A DNA stretch of 64,000 nt from Candidatus Bathyarchaeota archaeon (GCA_963806535.1 CAWDYC010000008.1:96001-160000), one strand, 5' to 3'; shown: positions 21,783-31,549, numbered from the stretch's first letter. Numbers and translations are program-made. Notes: generated by a model from the letters alone, not told the origin.

Positions 21783-23147
21783 TTAGAGCCGTTTGATGTA
21801 GCGGTTGACTTCCCACTCGGTGACTTGTGTACGGTAGAGGTCCCATTCTCTGCGTTTTTCAATTAGGAAGTTTGTGAATGCGGTTTCGCCGAGGGTTTCA
21901 CGCATTAAATCGCTGGTTTCCAATTCGTCAAGTGCTTCTTTTAGTGATTCTGGCAGTGAAACGATGTTTCGTTCTTTGCGTTCTTCATAGGTCATGTGGT
22001 AAACGTTTAGTTCAACTGGGTCGCCTGGGTCAATCTTGTTTTTGATGCCGTCTAAGCCAGTTGCTAAGAGCACTGCGAATTGGAGGTATGGGTTTCCGGC
22101 GCCGTCTGGGCATCGAATTTCGCATCTTGCAGCGTTTTTTCTTCCGCCAAAGTTTGGCACTCGAATAAGAGGTGAACGGTTTTTGTGTGCCCAAGCAAGA
22201 TAGACTGGAGCTTCGTAGCCTGGGACTAGTCGTTTGAAGCTGTTTGGCCATGAATCAAGGATTGCGCACATTTTGCGTCCATGCGCCAGTTGTCCACCGA
22301 TGAAGTTTCGTGCTAAGTCTGAAAGGAAACCGCTTTTCTCGTCGTCTTCGTAGAAGAGATTTTGTGATACGTTTTTGTTCCATAGGCTCATGTGAGTGTG
22401 CATTCCTGAACCGTTTATGCCTGCGAATGGTTTTGGCATGTAAGTTGTGATGTAGCCGTTTCGTGCTCCAACAACTTTTCCGCACATTTTCATTGTAATG
22501 GTTCTGTCGGCTGTTTTCAATGCTTCATCATATTTGAAGTCAATTTCGTTTTGTCCCAAAGCAACTTCGTGATGCGAAATCTCTATTTCTATTCCGAAAG
22601 CTTCAGCTGTATCAGCTATTTCCCTTCTTAGATCGTCTGTTAAGTCGCCTGGGTGGAAATCGAAGTAGCCTGCCATGTCTATTGGTGTTGGCAAGCCTCC
22701 TGTTTCACTTTCTTTCACTATGAAAAATTCTAGTTCCGGAGCACAGATGAATGTGTAGCCTGCTTTTGCAGCTTTTTCTACTTGTCGTTCAAGAACATAG
22801 CGGGGATCGCCTTCAAACCTTCTGTTTTGTGGAGTGTAAATGTCGCAGATTAGTCGGGCGGAGGATTTTTCTTTGGGTCGCCATGGCAAAACTGCGAATG
22901 TGCTTGGGTCTGGATACAGCACCATGTCGGATTCTTCTATGGGTCTGTAGCCTGTGATGGATGAGCCGTCGAAGGATTGGCCGTTTTCAAAAATTGTTTC
23001 AATGTTTTTTGAGCTTACTGCTAAGTTTTTTAAAATACCGTTAATGTCGGTAAATTGAAGTCTGATGAACTTAATTTCTTGTTCCTGTATTTGCTGGATT
23101 ACTTTTGAGACGTTTTCTTTCCATGTTGCGTCTTTGAAATTTTTCAT
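21783..23147 (-). CDS. glnA: Glutamine synthetase type I (short, GSI-alpha-like)
   Basis: FDGSS, ESDM, PELEFF, HHEVA.GQNE, MPKP..GINGSGMH, RLVPGYEAP, EIRCPD; AGGTGA upstream of ATG 23147. Confidence 0.93.
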   Translation of the reverse strand: MKNFKDATWKENVSKVIQQIQEQEIKFIRLQFTDINGILKNLAVSSKNIETIFENGQSFDGSSITGYRPIEESDMVLYPDPSTFAVLPWRPKEKSSARLICDIYTPQNRRFEGDPRYVLERQVEKAAKAGYTFICAPELEFFIVKESETGGLPTPIDMAGYFDFHPGDLTDDLRREIADTAEAFGIEIEISHHEVALGQNEIDFKYDEALKTADRTITMKMCGKVVGARNGYITTYMPKPFAGINGSGMHTHMSLWNKNVSQNLFYEDDEKSGFLSDLARNFIGGQLAHGRKMCAILDSWPNSFKRLVPGYEAPVYLAWAHKNRSPLIRVPNFGGRKNAARCEIRCPDGAGNPYLQFAVLLATGLDGIKNKIDPGDPVELNVYHMTYEERKERNIVSLPESLKEALDELETSDLMRETLGETAFTNFLIEKRREWDLYRTQVTEWEVNRYIKRL

Positions 23148-23381
23148 TTTTATATTTTCACCTGTATTTAGCATCTGATTAACTGATAGTTAATAGTAGT
23201 CTTTGGGTAAATATATTTAATGATTGGCAGCTTACCAGCAAAACTGATTATTTGTCAAAAAATAAAGTAAAATTTGAAAAAATGTGGATAATTCAGTATC
23301 AGAAGCATTTGAATGTGGGTAATCATTTAAAAGGGAACGCAGACATAAACAGAGAATATTGGGTGAAGAAAAATAACTACA

Positions 23382-23657
23382 TTGAAACTTATTCAAAAAA
23401 TAGCCTTACTCTCTGGAGTAGTTTTCAGCATATTTGCCGGTTTAGCCGCATTGATAACTTGGCAAGCAGATAAACTAGAATACAATCCAATTGTTCCCGC
23501 CAGCTTTATTCAACTGACCATTGTAACGTCGGCGTTGCCGTTCATAGCTTTCGCGGTTGTTTTATTCATAACAACAGGAATTATTTGGCAAGCAACAAAA
23601 ACAAAAGAAGAAAAACTGCCTGAAACACAAACCCTCTTAGAAGAAGCAAAATCTTAA
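23382..23657 (+). CDS. Hypothetical 2-TM membrane protein
   Basis: Two hydrophobic helices and a charged tail; T-tract after the stop. Confidence 0.55.
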   Translation: MKLIQKIALLSGVVFSIFAGLAALITWQADKLEYNPIVPASFIQLTIVTSALPFIAFAVVLFITTGIIWQATKTKEEKLPETQTLLEEAKS

Positions 23658-23800
23658 CATTATTTTTTCTTTTTACAAAAGACGAAATTTAATGAAAAAC
23701 AAGAATTCTTTTCGCAAGCTATAATAGCTATTTTAGACTTAATTTGCCTGTGGCCGTTAGACCTCTTGTCTAATTTTTCAACCTTTCCTATAAAATAACA

Positions 23801-23899
23801 CTAATCAAGGCTTTCTTCATCTAAGGGGTCTTTGTTCTGTCTGCGGTCTCTTTCTGTATCGCACACCGAACGAGGCTTCAGATTACTATTTTTCGACAT
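23801..23899 (-). CDS. Possible 32-aa small protein MSKNSNLKPRSVCDTERDRRQNKDPLDEESLD
   Basis: Translated by hand; GGAG about 9 nt upstream of the ATG; no homology recognised. Confidence 0.3.
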   Translation of the reverse strand: MSKNSNLKPRSVCDTERDRRQNKDPLDEESLD

Positions 23900-24123
23900 T
23901 TTACGATCTCCATACTATTCTTAAGGCAATGACGTTTTTAGGCATACCCAGCATATTCTATATACGCTATTGTTGACAAAACGGAAACGTTCAGTGGCAG
24001 TGCTAGTTATTTATCCTTCTCACATTTTAAAATATATTTTCGGGTTGGAAGAAATCGGTTAATGTTAAATACGTTAGAAGCAGAATTGATAATTAATCAA
24101 TAAATGACATAGAAGGAAGCTTT

Positions 24124-24423
24124 TTGTCTGCGGATGATGAACTAAGAAGAAAAGCAAAGCTGAGAGCTGAAGCAAAGCTTGGATTTTATATCCACTTTGG
24201 GGTCTATGTCGGTGTAAACGTTTTGTTGTTTTTTGTTTGGTGGTTTACCCGTGGAGACGCCTCTATTCCTAATGCCTCTTTTCCGTGGTTCATCTTTCCG
24301 TTGGTCGGCTGGGGAATAGGGGTGTTGGCTCATTATTTGGCAGTTTTCGCTCGGACGGGTGTCACAGACAGAATGGTAGAGCAAGAGTACAGAAGACTTA
24401 AAGAAGAACAAGAAAAACATTAA
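24124..24423 (+). CDS. 2TM domain protein
   Basis: GFYIH..VYV.VN..L...W....PWFIFPLVGWGIGVLAH...EQEY pattern. Confidence 0.8.
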   Translation: MSADDELRRKAKLRAEAKLGFYIHFGVYVGVNVLLFFVWWFTRGDASIPNASFPWFIFPLVGWGIGVLAHYLAVFARTGVTDRMVEQEYRRLKEEQEKH

Positions 24424-24434
24424 CCCATAGCCAT

Positions 24435-24918
24435 TTATCTTTTCAGTTTTGAAGCGAACTCTTCCGCATGTTTGAGGTCTTCAGCGTTAGGTCTGCCTTT
24501 GTTGATTCCACCGAACCACTTGAGGAATTTATTTGTGTTGAAACCAGCGCAACCAAACTCACCAATGACCGTGTAGCCTTTATGTTGAAGAGTTTCTTTG
24601 AGGGTGGTGTGACATTTGGTTGTGTATGCTTCTATTCGTTTTTGCCCTGAAACACTGATTGGCGTTCCAGAAGTTGAGAAGACGAATGCTTTCTTGTTGA
24701 TGACTTGAGGCAGTCTATCTGCAAAGTCAAGAAGTTCCATGTAGTTTTTACCAGTGTCTATCCCTGACCCGAAGCCTACTAAGTCATACTCTTGAAGCGT
24801 TTCTGGGTCAGTCTGTTGCGGAGTCTTAATCTGCGCATCGAGAACTTTTGCGATAGACTTCTGCTACTTTCTGCGTATTATGATGATGGTAAGAATAAAC
24901 AACTATCAAAGACTTCAA
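24435..24918 (-). CDS. Flavodoxin family protein (two frameshifts near the 5' end)
   Basis: Reconstructed KSLIVVYSYHHHNTQKVAEVIAKVLDA...YDLVGFGSGI, joining ORF 24435-24740; paralogue of 25419-25868. Confidence 0.8.
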
Positions 24919-24949
24919 TGGAAATTTCAATGTCTCCTATCTTTCCTTA

Positions 24950-25394
24950 TCAATATTGGGGGAAGAGGTGTTTTCCTTTTTCCGTGACTTCGATAGCACC
25001 AACTTGTTTGAAAATACTTACGTTGTCAGTAACATTCCAGTATTCAGAAAGTTTGCCATTCACGATGCGATAGATGTCAACAGCCTTAGATGTTATTTTC
25101 TTTCCAGTAGGCGATAATCCCATAAATTCGACCTTTATGAGTCCCAGTGTAAGTAAGGCGAACCCAAACCTTGTCTCCTTCAGCAATAATGTCTTCAATA
25201 GCTTCATGCCAATCAGGGAAAGCGTTAAGACCCATTTTAAATAATTGTTTTAGACCTTCTCGATCGACATTATTGGAGTGGTCAACATAATCTGGTGCCA
25301 CAAAATCATCTATTAAGTCCAAGTAGTCTAAGTTTCGTTTATTATAGGCTTCAATAAACCCACGAACAATTGCTTTATTCTTTTCCAATGACAT
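24950..25394 (-). CDS. SnoaL-like/ester cyclase (NTF2 fold) protein (one frameshift near 25130)
   Basis: NKAIVRGF...AFPD....EDIIAEGDKVWVR...GTHKG/EFMGLSPTGKK...IYRIVNGK..EYW. Confidence 0.85.
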
Positions 25395-25418
25395 TTAGGT
25401 TCACTTCTTTTGTATGAT

Positions 25419-25868
25419 CTATTTTAGGTTCTTTGCAAACTCTTCTGCAAGTTTGAGGTCGTCTAAATTTGGTCTGCCCTTCTTCAATCCGCCGACGAGT
25501 TTATACGGTCCCCAAGTATTGAAACCAGCACAATTAAATTCCCCAACAATCGTGTATCCTTTAGATTGCAGTTTTTCTCTGAGAAGTGAGTGATATTTGG
25601 GTGCGTTTTTAGTATTCGTGCAAGTTGAGAAGATGAATGCTTTTTTGTTAACTACTTTCGGAAGTTCATCTGTGAATTTGCGAAGCGTTCTGTGGTGTCT
25701 TCCAGCGTATATTCCTGAACCAAAGCCAACAAGGTCGTACTGTTGAAGGTCATCAGGGCTAGTTTGTTCTGGTGTCTTTACTTGTGCATCAAGCACTTTC
25801 GCCATAACTTCTGCTATCTTCTGGGTGTTGTTATGATGATAAGATACTAAGACTATCAAAGACTTCAT
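25419..25868 (-). CDS. Flavodoxin family protein
   Basis: SYHHNNTQKIA, YDLVGFGSGIY, GEFNCAG, KGRPN. Confidence 0.88.
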   Translation of the reverse strand: MKSLIVLVSYHHNNTQKIAEVMAKVLDAQVKTPEQTSPDDLQQYDLVGFGSGIYAGRHHRTLRKFTDELPKVVNKKAFIFSTCTNTKNAPKYHSLLREKLQSKGYTIVGEFNCAGFNTWGPYKLVGGLKKGRPNLDDLKLAEEFAKNLK

Positions 25869-25892
25869 GAGTTACTCGACTTTTCCAGACTT

Positions 25893-26451
25893 TCATTTTT
25901 TAGCTACTTCTCTTGTCCAATCACGAATAGCATCTAAGTCTCTTAAATCATAAACACCAGCTTTTGATTCCTTGTAACCAGCACTTTCAAGTTTAGGCTT
26001 AATTGATGATAGAGTTTTCTTGAAGAACCATGACATTTTGTTGAAGTCATAGCATCCACCAAAGAAACCTAATGCAACTGGATTCACTTTGTATTCAACA
26101 GATTTATCCTCAAGATATTTCCTCTTCGCATCATCCATTTCCTTGTTCTTCTTGTTCACCTTCAGATAGAGGATTTGCACCACCACAAGACACGAAGAGG
26201 GCTACTTTCTTTTTTGATAATTCTTTCTGGTATTTCTTGAGGAAGTCTTCGGGTTCTTTTGTCCATTTACCCATTTGGATTCCGCTTCCGACAATGATGA
26301 GGTCAAATTCACCTATGCTTTGGACTTTTTCTTTTTTGGCATCAACAATTTTGACTTCATAGCCTACTTGTCGAAGAGTATCTGCAATAACCTCAGATGT
26401 GTTCGCTGTTGCTCCATAGCGAGTTCCGAAAACAATCAAAGCCTTACTCAT
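25893..26451 (-). CDS. Flavodoxin (HemG-like) protein (one frameshift near 26150)
   Basis: FGTRYGAT, FDLIIVGSGIQMGKW, VALFVSC, FFGG, DLRDLDAIRDW. Confidence 0.82.
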
Positions 26452-26797
26452 TTACTATTCCTTCAATTGTGTATCTTGTTTGTAATATATAACAGATGAG
26501 TTTCAATTATTTTGGTAACTATTTAGACTATATTGGAAAGCTTTTAGACCAAAAACCTCCAAGTTGGAATAAGTGAGAACTTGCAAAAAACAAAGAACCT
26601 GAAAGTAGCATTCATTGATGATAAAAAGATAGTTTACACTGTGGAAATGGCTTCTCCTGAAGAATTAGATGAAGGAGTCAGAGTCTTGTACAGCGAACTA
26701 AAGGTGAAAAGTATAATCCCCCGAAAGTAAGATACTAATTAAAAGCAACTTTCTAGGCATGATAATACCTTAAAAAGAATGGAATCGGTACGTAACC

Positions 26798-27379
26798 TTA
26801 TGGAGACTTCAAAGGGTAAACGTTTTGTGAGAAGCTTTTGGCAAGCGAATCTGTGTTTGATGTGCCAAGAATCAGATATTGCCCATTGTTTAGTTGTATT
26901 ATGAGGTCGGTTGAGTTGGTTGATGCCAAGTAAGCCGTTGCTCCGTTTCCGAGAGTAAATACACCTACGTTAGTATTGCCATTATTGGTTCCATATTGTT
27001 TATTTAACGTAAAATTTCCTGAACCTATCTGACCAACGAAGGCGTTGGAAATTTGACTTGATGTAATGTTCTTTTCGCCGCCGATAAAAGGGATGGGCGA
27101 CAAGGTGGAGAATTGTGTGTTTATATATCCAGAGCCAACGGTTACTGTTGAAGGGGCGTAATAAAGAAAAAATACCCCAAGAACTAATGCGATCAACACA
27201 ATCCCGCCGATAATAACCGAATATTTATTATTCAAATTATACCCAATCGATTTAACTATCCGTAGTCTACTTGACAAGCCTATTATTATAAGAACAGCCC
27301 CCACCGCAATTAGAACTATCACAGCGATAGTTACAAAAATGCTGTAGGGTGCTTGCACTGTAAATTGTTCAAGAGACAT
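26798..27379 (-). CDS. Membrane protein with a bacterial PH-like domain
   Basis: Two N-terminal TM helices; KQYGTN......GVFTLGNG..AYL motif. Confidence 0.6.
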   Translation of the reverse strand: MSLEQFTVQAPYSIFVTIAVIVLIAVGAVLIIIGLSSRLRIVKSIGYNLNNKYSVIIGGIVLIALVLGVFFLYYAPSTVTVGSGYINTQFSTLSPIPFIGGEKNITSSQISNAFVGQIGSGNFTLNKQYGTNNGNTNVGVFTLGNGATAYLASTNSTDLIIQLNNGQYLILGTSNTDSLAKSFSQNVYPLKSP

Positions 27380-27531
27380 TTAAATTGCCAAATCCTAAAT
27401 CGTCTCATCCAAGAGTAAACCTCTTGCATTGGTTAGAGAATTTAAATTTAACGTTGGTTCAGACAGTTCTTAAGCAGCCGAAAACAATCCATCTATTTAT
27501 TCTAAAAAAATGAAAATGGAAATTCCTCAAC

Positions 27532-29007
27532 TTAGTAGTCGAGGTACTTCATTATTTCCCAAGGTGACACATAGAGGCAGTATTGGTTCCAATCGTTTGT
27601 TTTCAGCTCGATAAATGCGTCGAAAACGTGGTTGCCTAGGGTTTGTTTTATGAGTTCGTCGCCTTCCATTTCGTCTAATGCGTCTTTGAGTGTTGTTGGC
27701 AGTTCTTGGATGCCTAGTTCTTTGCGTTTTGCTTTGCTGAGTTTGTAAACGTCTTCGTCAACTGGGTTTCCTGGGTCAAGCTTCTTTTTGATTCCGTCAA
27801 GACCAGCCATCATAATGCATGCGAATGCTAAGTATGGGTTGCATGATGGATCTACGCCGCGGTATTCAACTCTTTTCTGTGCTGCAAAGCCTGCTCCTTT
27901 ATAGTATAGAGGTATTCTTGCAAGTGATGAGCGGTTGCGTCTGCTCCACATGACGTAGATTGGTGCTTCAAAGCCTGGGACTAATCGTTTGTAGCTGCTT
28001 ACGGTTGGGCAACATACTGCGGTTAGGGCTTTTGCGTGGGCTAAGATTCCACCGACGTAGTATCTTCCGATTTGGCTTAGTTCTGCGTACTCATCTTTTC
28101 CATCGTACATTATGTTTTTTCCGTCTTTCCAAAGTGATGAGTGAACATGCATGCCGCTTGCGTTGTCAAGGTAGATTGGTTTTGGCATGAATGTAGCGAT
28201 TAAGCCATATTTCTTCGCGATGTTTTTGGCGACAAACTTGAAGAATAGGGCTCTGTCCGCTGTCTCAAGAAGTTCACCGTATTTGTAGTCGATTTCAACT
28301 TGACCGACTGTTGCCACTTCGTGGTGATGTTTCTCAATTGTTAATCCAAAGTCATCTTCCAGAACCTGAGAGACCTCATTTCTGTAAGCAACAGTGGTGT
28401 CTTCTGGTGGTGTTCTATAGTATGCTTCTTTGGGTCTTAAGATGAAACCGCCTGGTTTGATTTCTGGCGATTCAGGAACAACACGAGGTGCACCCCATGC
28501 ATCTCCTTCACCACTTTTTGGAGCAGCCCAAAGATCCCATGTTAATTTTGTGGGGTCAATTGAAGTGAAGACGAAGTGTTCAAGTTCAGGAGCGAAAATT
28601 CCAGTGTACCCCATGTCTTTCGCTGCTTTGATAGCTCTTTTTGCTACGTAGCCTCTTGGGCAGGTAACGGAAGCTTCTTTTCCACCGAAAGCTTCCTGGG
28701 CATCACCTAAAATTATTGCGCTTTTTTGTAATTCATCAGTTACCCATGGCATGATTGAGAGTGTTTTTGCGTCGGGCATAAAAATCATGTCTGATTCTTC
28801 GATGGATTTGAAGCCGCGTACTGAGGATCCGTCAAAGCCTATACCTTCTGTAAAGGCTGCGCCGCTTAGGTACTCTCTGGCTGGGAGAACCATATCTTGG
28901 AGGATTCCTCGGACATCGACAAATGCTGAATGCACCCATCGAATATTATTCGATTTGAGTTTTTCAATTGCTTTCCTTACTTGTTCATCCACCATGATTT
29001 TCACCAT
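27532..29007 (-). CDS. glnA: Glutamine synthetase type I (with GSI-beta-like insertion)
   Basis: GFDGSSVRGF, ESDM, APELE, HHHEVA..GQVE, FMPKP..DNASGMH, KRLVPGFEAP, RVEYR. Confidence 0.93.
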   Translation of the reverse strand: MVKIMVDEQVRKAIEKLKSNNIRWVHSAFVDVRGILQDMVLPAREYLSGAAFTEGIGFDGSSVRGFKSIEESDMIFMPDAKTLSIMPWVTDELQKSAIILGDAQEAFGGKEASVTCPRGYVAKRAIKAAKDMGYTGIFAPELEHFVFTSIDPTKLTWDLWAAPKSGEGDAWGAPRVVPESPEIKPGGFILRPKEAYYRTPPEDTTVAYRNEVSQVLEDDFGLTIEKHHHEVATVGQVEIDYKYGELLETADRALFFKFVAKNIAKKYGLIATFMPKPIYLDNASGMHVHSSLWKDGKNIMYDGKDEYAELSQIGRYYVGGILAHAKALTAVCCPTVSSYKRLVPGFEAPIYVMWSRRNRSSLARIPLYYKGAGFAAQKRVEYRGVDPSCNPYLAFACIMMAGLDGIKKKLDPGNPVDEDVYKLSKAKRKELGIQELPTTLKDALDEMEGDELIKQTLGNHVFDAFIELKTNDWNQYCLYVSPWEIMKYLDY

Positions 29008-29173
29008 ATCAATTCATATGTTTGAGAATCCACTTAAAACATAAACATATATAAGTTTATCGCAGAAATGTTTGAATGAACGTTTACTAGTTAAGAAAAA
29101 ATCATAAAGCCTCAAATTTAAATTAAAGCGACAGACGCAGTTCAAAATACAAAAAAATTGACTTATGGAAAAT

Positions 29174-29647
29174 CTAGAACCTTTCTCTTGATTCTCTACG
29201 CAGAAAATCCCCAACATCAAGCACATTTTCAACTGAAATCTTTCCCTCAGACGTCCCAAGATCGTCTAGTATCTTGCCAAATCCGAGGCACTCCCCAAAC
29301 TCGTTAAGCACCAAAGTAGACTCACCCTTCCGCTTAGACCCCATAATCTTCACTATCCCAACTCGAAAAATATCTCTTCCGCAGATAAAGAGCCAAGCTG
29401 CTTTCTGGTCGATCACAATTTTATTTGCGGCTGCACTTACAAGCAAGTTTAGCAGGTTGAAGCTTGGGAAGAACATGCCATTCTTGATTTTGCCCAGATA
29501 TAAGCCAGCGTAATAGAAGTCACTTTGCAAAATCGTTTTGAGGCGTGGATTCAATAGGTAATATCGTTGATTTTTTTCAGTGACCATTTGTGAATTAAAG
29601 GCTATTCTGCATCCGAAACGGGATGCGAAAACTTCGTATGGCTTCAT
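29174..29647 (-). CDS. Nip7-like PUA-domain ribosome biogenesis protein
   Basis: YAGLYLG, KAAWLFICGRDIF, VLNEFGECLGFG, DVGDFLRRE; overlaps the Nop2 gene stop. Confidence 0.8.
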   Translation of the reverse strand: MKPYEVFASRFGCRIAFNSQMVTEKNQRYYLLNPRLKTILQSDFYYAGLYLGKIKNGMFFPSFNLLNLLVSAAANKIVIDQKAAWLFICGRDIFRVGIVKIMGSKRKGESTLVLNEFGECLGFGKILDDLGTSEGKISVENVLDVGDFLRRESRERF

Positions 29648-30531
29648 TGGGTAACCGCCTTCTTTAGTTTGCATACAAAGAAACCTTGAGTCTGTTCAGG
29701 CCAGATTCTTCTGCAAAATGAGATTTGAGGGTCAAGTTTTCTGCCAAAAACTTCGGTTAGCCCGTTTACTCCGTAGCAATCAATTTTTTCTACTTTTAGG
29801 CCTAAATTTTTGATTGCCCAATCAATATTTAGCTCGTCTTCCTCAGGTTCCAGTGAGCAGGTGGAATAAACTATTTCTCCATTCGGAGCGAGACATTTTA
29901 CTGCTTCAGCAAGAATTTCCTTTTGCACCTTGGCGTTGCGTTCAACGTCGGCGAATGTTCTTCGGCTGAACCATTCACTATCAGAAGCAAAGTTGCCTGA
30001 ACATGGAACATCGAGAAGAATACGATCGAACGTGCGGTTGAGCTTTGTAGCTTGCCGACCATCTAAATTGTAAACAACTGTGTTACTGATATGACAGCGT
30101 TCTAAATGGTTCGCCATAACCGATAACCGTTCTTTGTTCACATCTAACGCTGTTATGGTGCCGCTGTTTTCCATTAGGTCAGCAAGTTGAACGGTTTTTC
30201 CTCCGGGCGCAGCCGAAGCATCCAGCACCATTTTGCTATGTAACGCGGCGAAGAGTGTTGCTGGGATTTGTGCTGCTGCTTCCTGAATAGAGTACATTCC
30301 AAGCAAGTATTCTGCTGTTGCGCCCGCTGAAGCCTTAGACCGCACTACCCAGTATCCTGTCTGCAAAAAAGGAATTTTCACAACTTCAACGCCTAAACTG
30401 CGGAGACGCTCAGGAAGTTTTTTGGCTCTTGCATTGATTTGATTTATTCTGATTGCTAGCTTAGGCTGTGGTTCTTTGTATTCCCAACCAAGTTGAGCAT
30501 AGCGATCTAAGAAAAATTGTTTGCCAGACAT
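29644..30531 (-). CDS. RsmB/Nop2/NSUN family RNA m5C methyltransferase
   Basis: LDASAAPGGKT, ILLDVPCSG, VYSTCSLEPEEDE. Confidence 0.92.
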   Translation of the reverse strand: MSGKQFFLDRYAQLGWEYKEPQPKLAIRINQINARAKKLPERLRSLGVEVVKIPFLQTGYWVVRSKASAGATAEYLLGMYSIQEAAAQIPATLFAALHSKMVLDASAAPGGKTVQLADLMENSGTITALDVNKERLSVMANHLERCHISNTVVYNLDGRQATKLNRTFDRILLDVPCSGNFASDSEWFSRRTFADVERNAKVQKEILAEAVKCLAPNGEIVYSTCSLEPEEDELNIDWAIKNLGLKVEKIDCYGVNGLTEVFGRKLDPQISFCRRIWPEQTQGFFVCKLKKAVTQ

Positions 30532-30624
30532 CAACTCTACATTGGGCTAACGTAATAAAAACCTTTCAACAACGAATCTCTGTCAACATAATATTTACGA
30601 AACAACATTTATTCAAATCAAGAT

Positions 30625-30663
30625 ATGTTCCAGAGTTGGAACATTTTGTTCCTCAAGTAGAAC
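30625..30663. promoter_or_regulatory. Tandem GTTC-N8-GAAC inverted-repeat sites in a divergent promoter region
   Basis: ATGTTCCA-GAGT-TGGAACAT (30625-30644) and GTTC-CTCAAGTA-GAAC (30648-30663), 21 bp apart. Confidence 0.5.
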
Positions 30664-30720
30664 TTTTAGCTTCTTTCCATTAACTGATTTTCAGCTGAAT
30701 CAGGGAGAAATACCTTAAAA

Positions 30721-31272
30721 ATGATGAAATCGGCGCTAGGTACATTTAGTAAAAGAACTATGTTAACAATTTCACTTTTCTTAGTTATCCTAATGATATC
30801 CTCTGTCAGTGGGGCTTACTTCGTATCGGTTAATCAATCCAACAAAAAAGATACCGTCGCACCTTCCAATTTTTCTTCGCCGATCTCCACACAATCTCCC
30901 CAGACGACAACGCCGCCTTCTCCAACACCGACTGCTTCACCTACCTTAATTTCTGCAAAAGTATTTTTGGGAGGTCCGTTTGGCGGTTTCAAAGTAAAGT
31001 ATAACGTTGAGTCGAGAGTTCTTAGTGTCAATGGACAAGTTTTGTGGGGAGCTAACTGCAAATTGCTCATAACCTACAGTATTGATGGGTTAGGAAGCTA
31101 CACTATTTGTACGAACATAAAGCCAATTGATGTTAATTTTCCCGGTGTAGATATTAGTGGATCAGATGTTTTGCCACTTTTAGCTGCCGGTAATCATAGC
31201 ATAACGGTTTATGGCAGTTTGGAATTGCCTGGTTCTAAAGCAACTCAAACCACCCTTAATTTTGCATTGTAG
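30721..31272 (+). CDS. Secreted or membrane-anchored protein with Pro/Thr/Ser linker and Ig-like domain
   Basis: N-terminal hydrophobic helix, TTTPPSPTPTASP, YSIDG...L.AGNHSITVYG. Confidence 0.7.
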   Translation: MMKSALGTFSKRTMLTISLFLVILMISSVSGAYFVSVNQSNKKDTVAPSNFSSPISTQSPQTTTPPSPTPTASPTLISAKVFLGGPFGGFKVKYNVESRVLSVNGQVLWGANCKLLITYSIDGLGSYTICTNIKPIDVNFPGVDISGSDVLPLLAAGNHSITVYGSLELPGSKATQTTLNFAL

Positions 31273-31294
31273 AGCAATTTTAAAACATGTTAGG

Positions 31295-31528
31295 ATAAAG
31301 GCATAAAATAATCTTTTCTGAAGAGAGGATTTCTGAGTTTTTTACGAACCTTTTCTGTTATTTTTCATACTTTTCTAACCTTTTTCGCACGTTTCTGTTC
31401 TTTTCCATTCATTTCTGTTCTTTTCTAACCTTTTCTTTACGTGACCTGCAAACACTGCAAGCCCTAAATCAAAAAAGCAACCTAAAACACAAAGATAAAA
31501 TTTCTGCACAAAAACCCGTCAATAACTG
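31295..31528. repeat. Dispersed non-coding element, copy 1 (end motif + ten 10-bp units + ~98-bp core)
   Basis: Core 31431-31528 matches the reverse complement of 53033-53128 at 88/98 columns by hand alignment; decamer array at 31341-31440. Confidence 0.9.
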
Positions 31529-31549
31529 TTCCTCTAATGACACTTTCGG

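Noticed and set aside
23148-23381. NrpR operators (GGAA-N6-TTCC) upstream of either glnA
   Set aside because: Not found by eye here or at 29008-29173.
26581-26730. Possible 49-codon ORF or gene fragment (…VAFIDDKKIVYTVEMASPEELDEG…)
   Set aside because: TTG start without a clear Shine-Dalgarno site and no family I can confirm.
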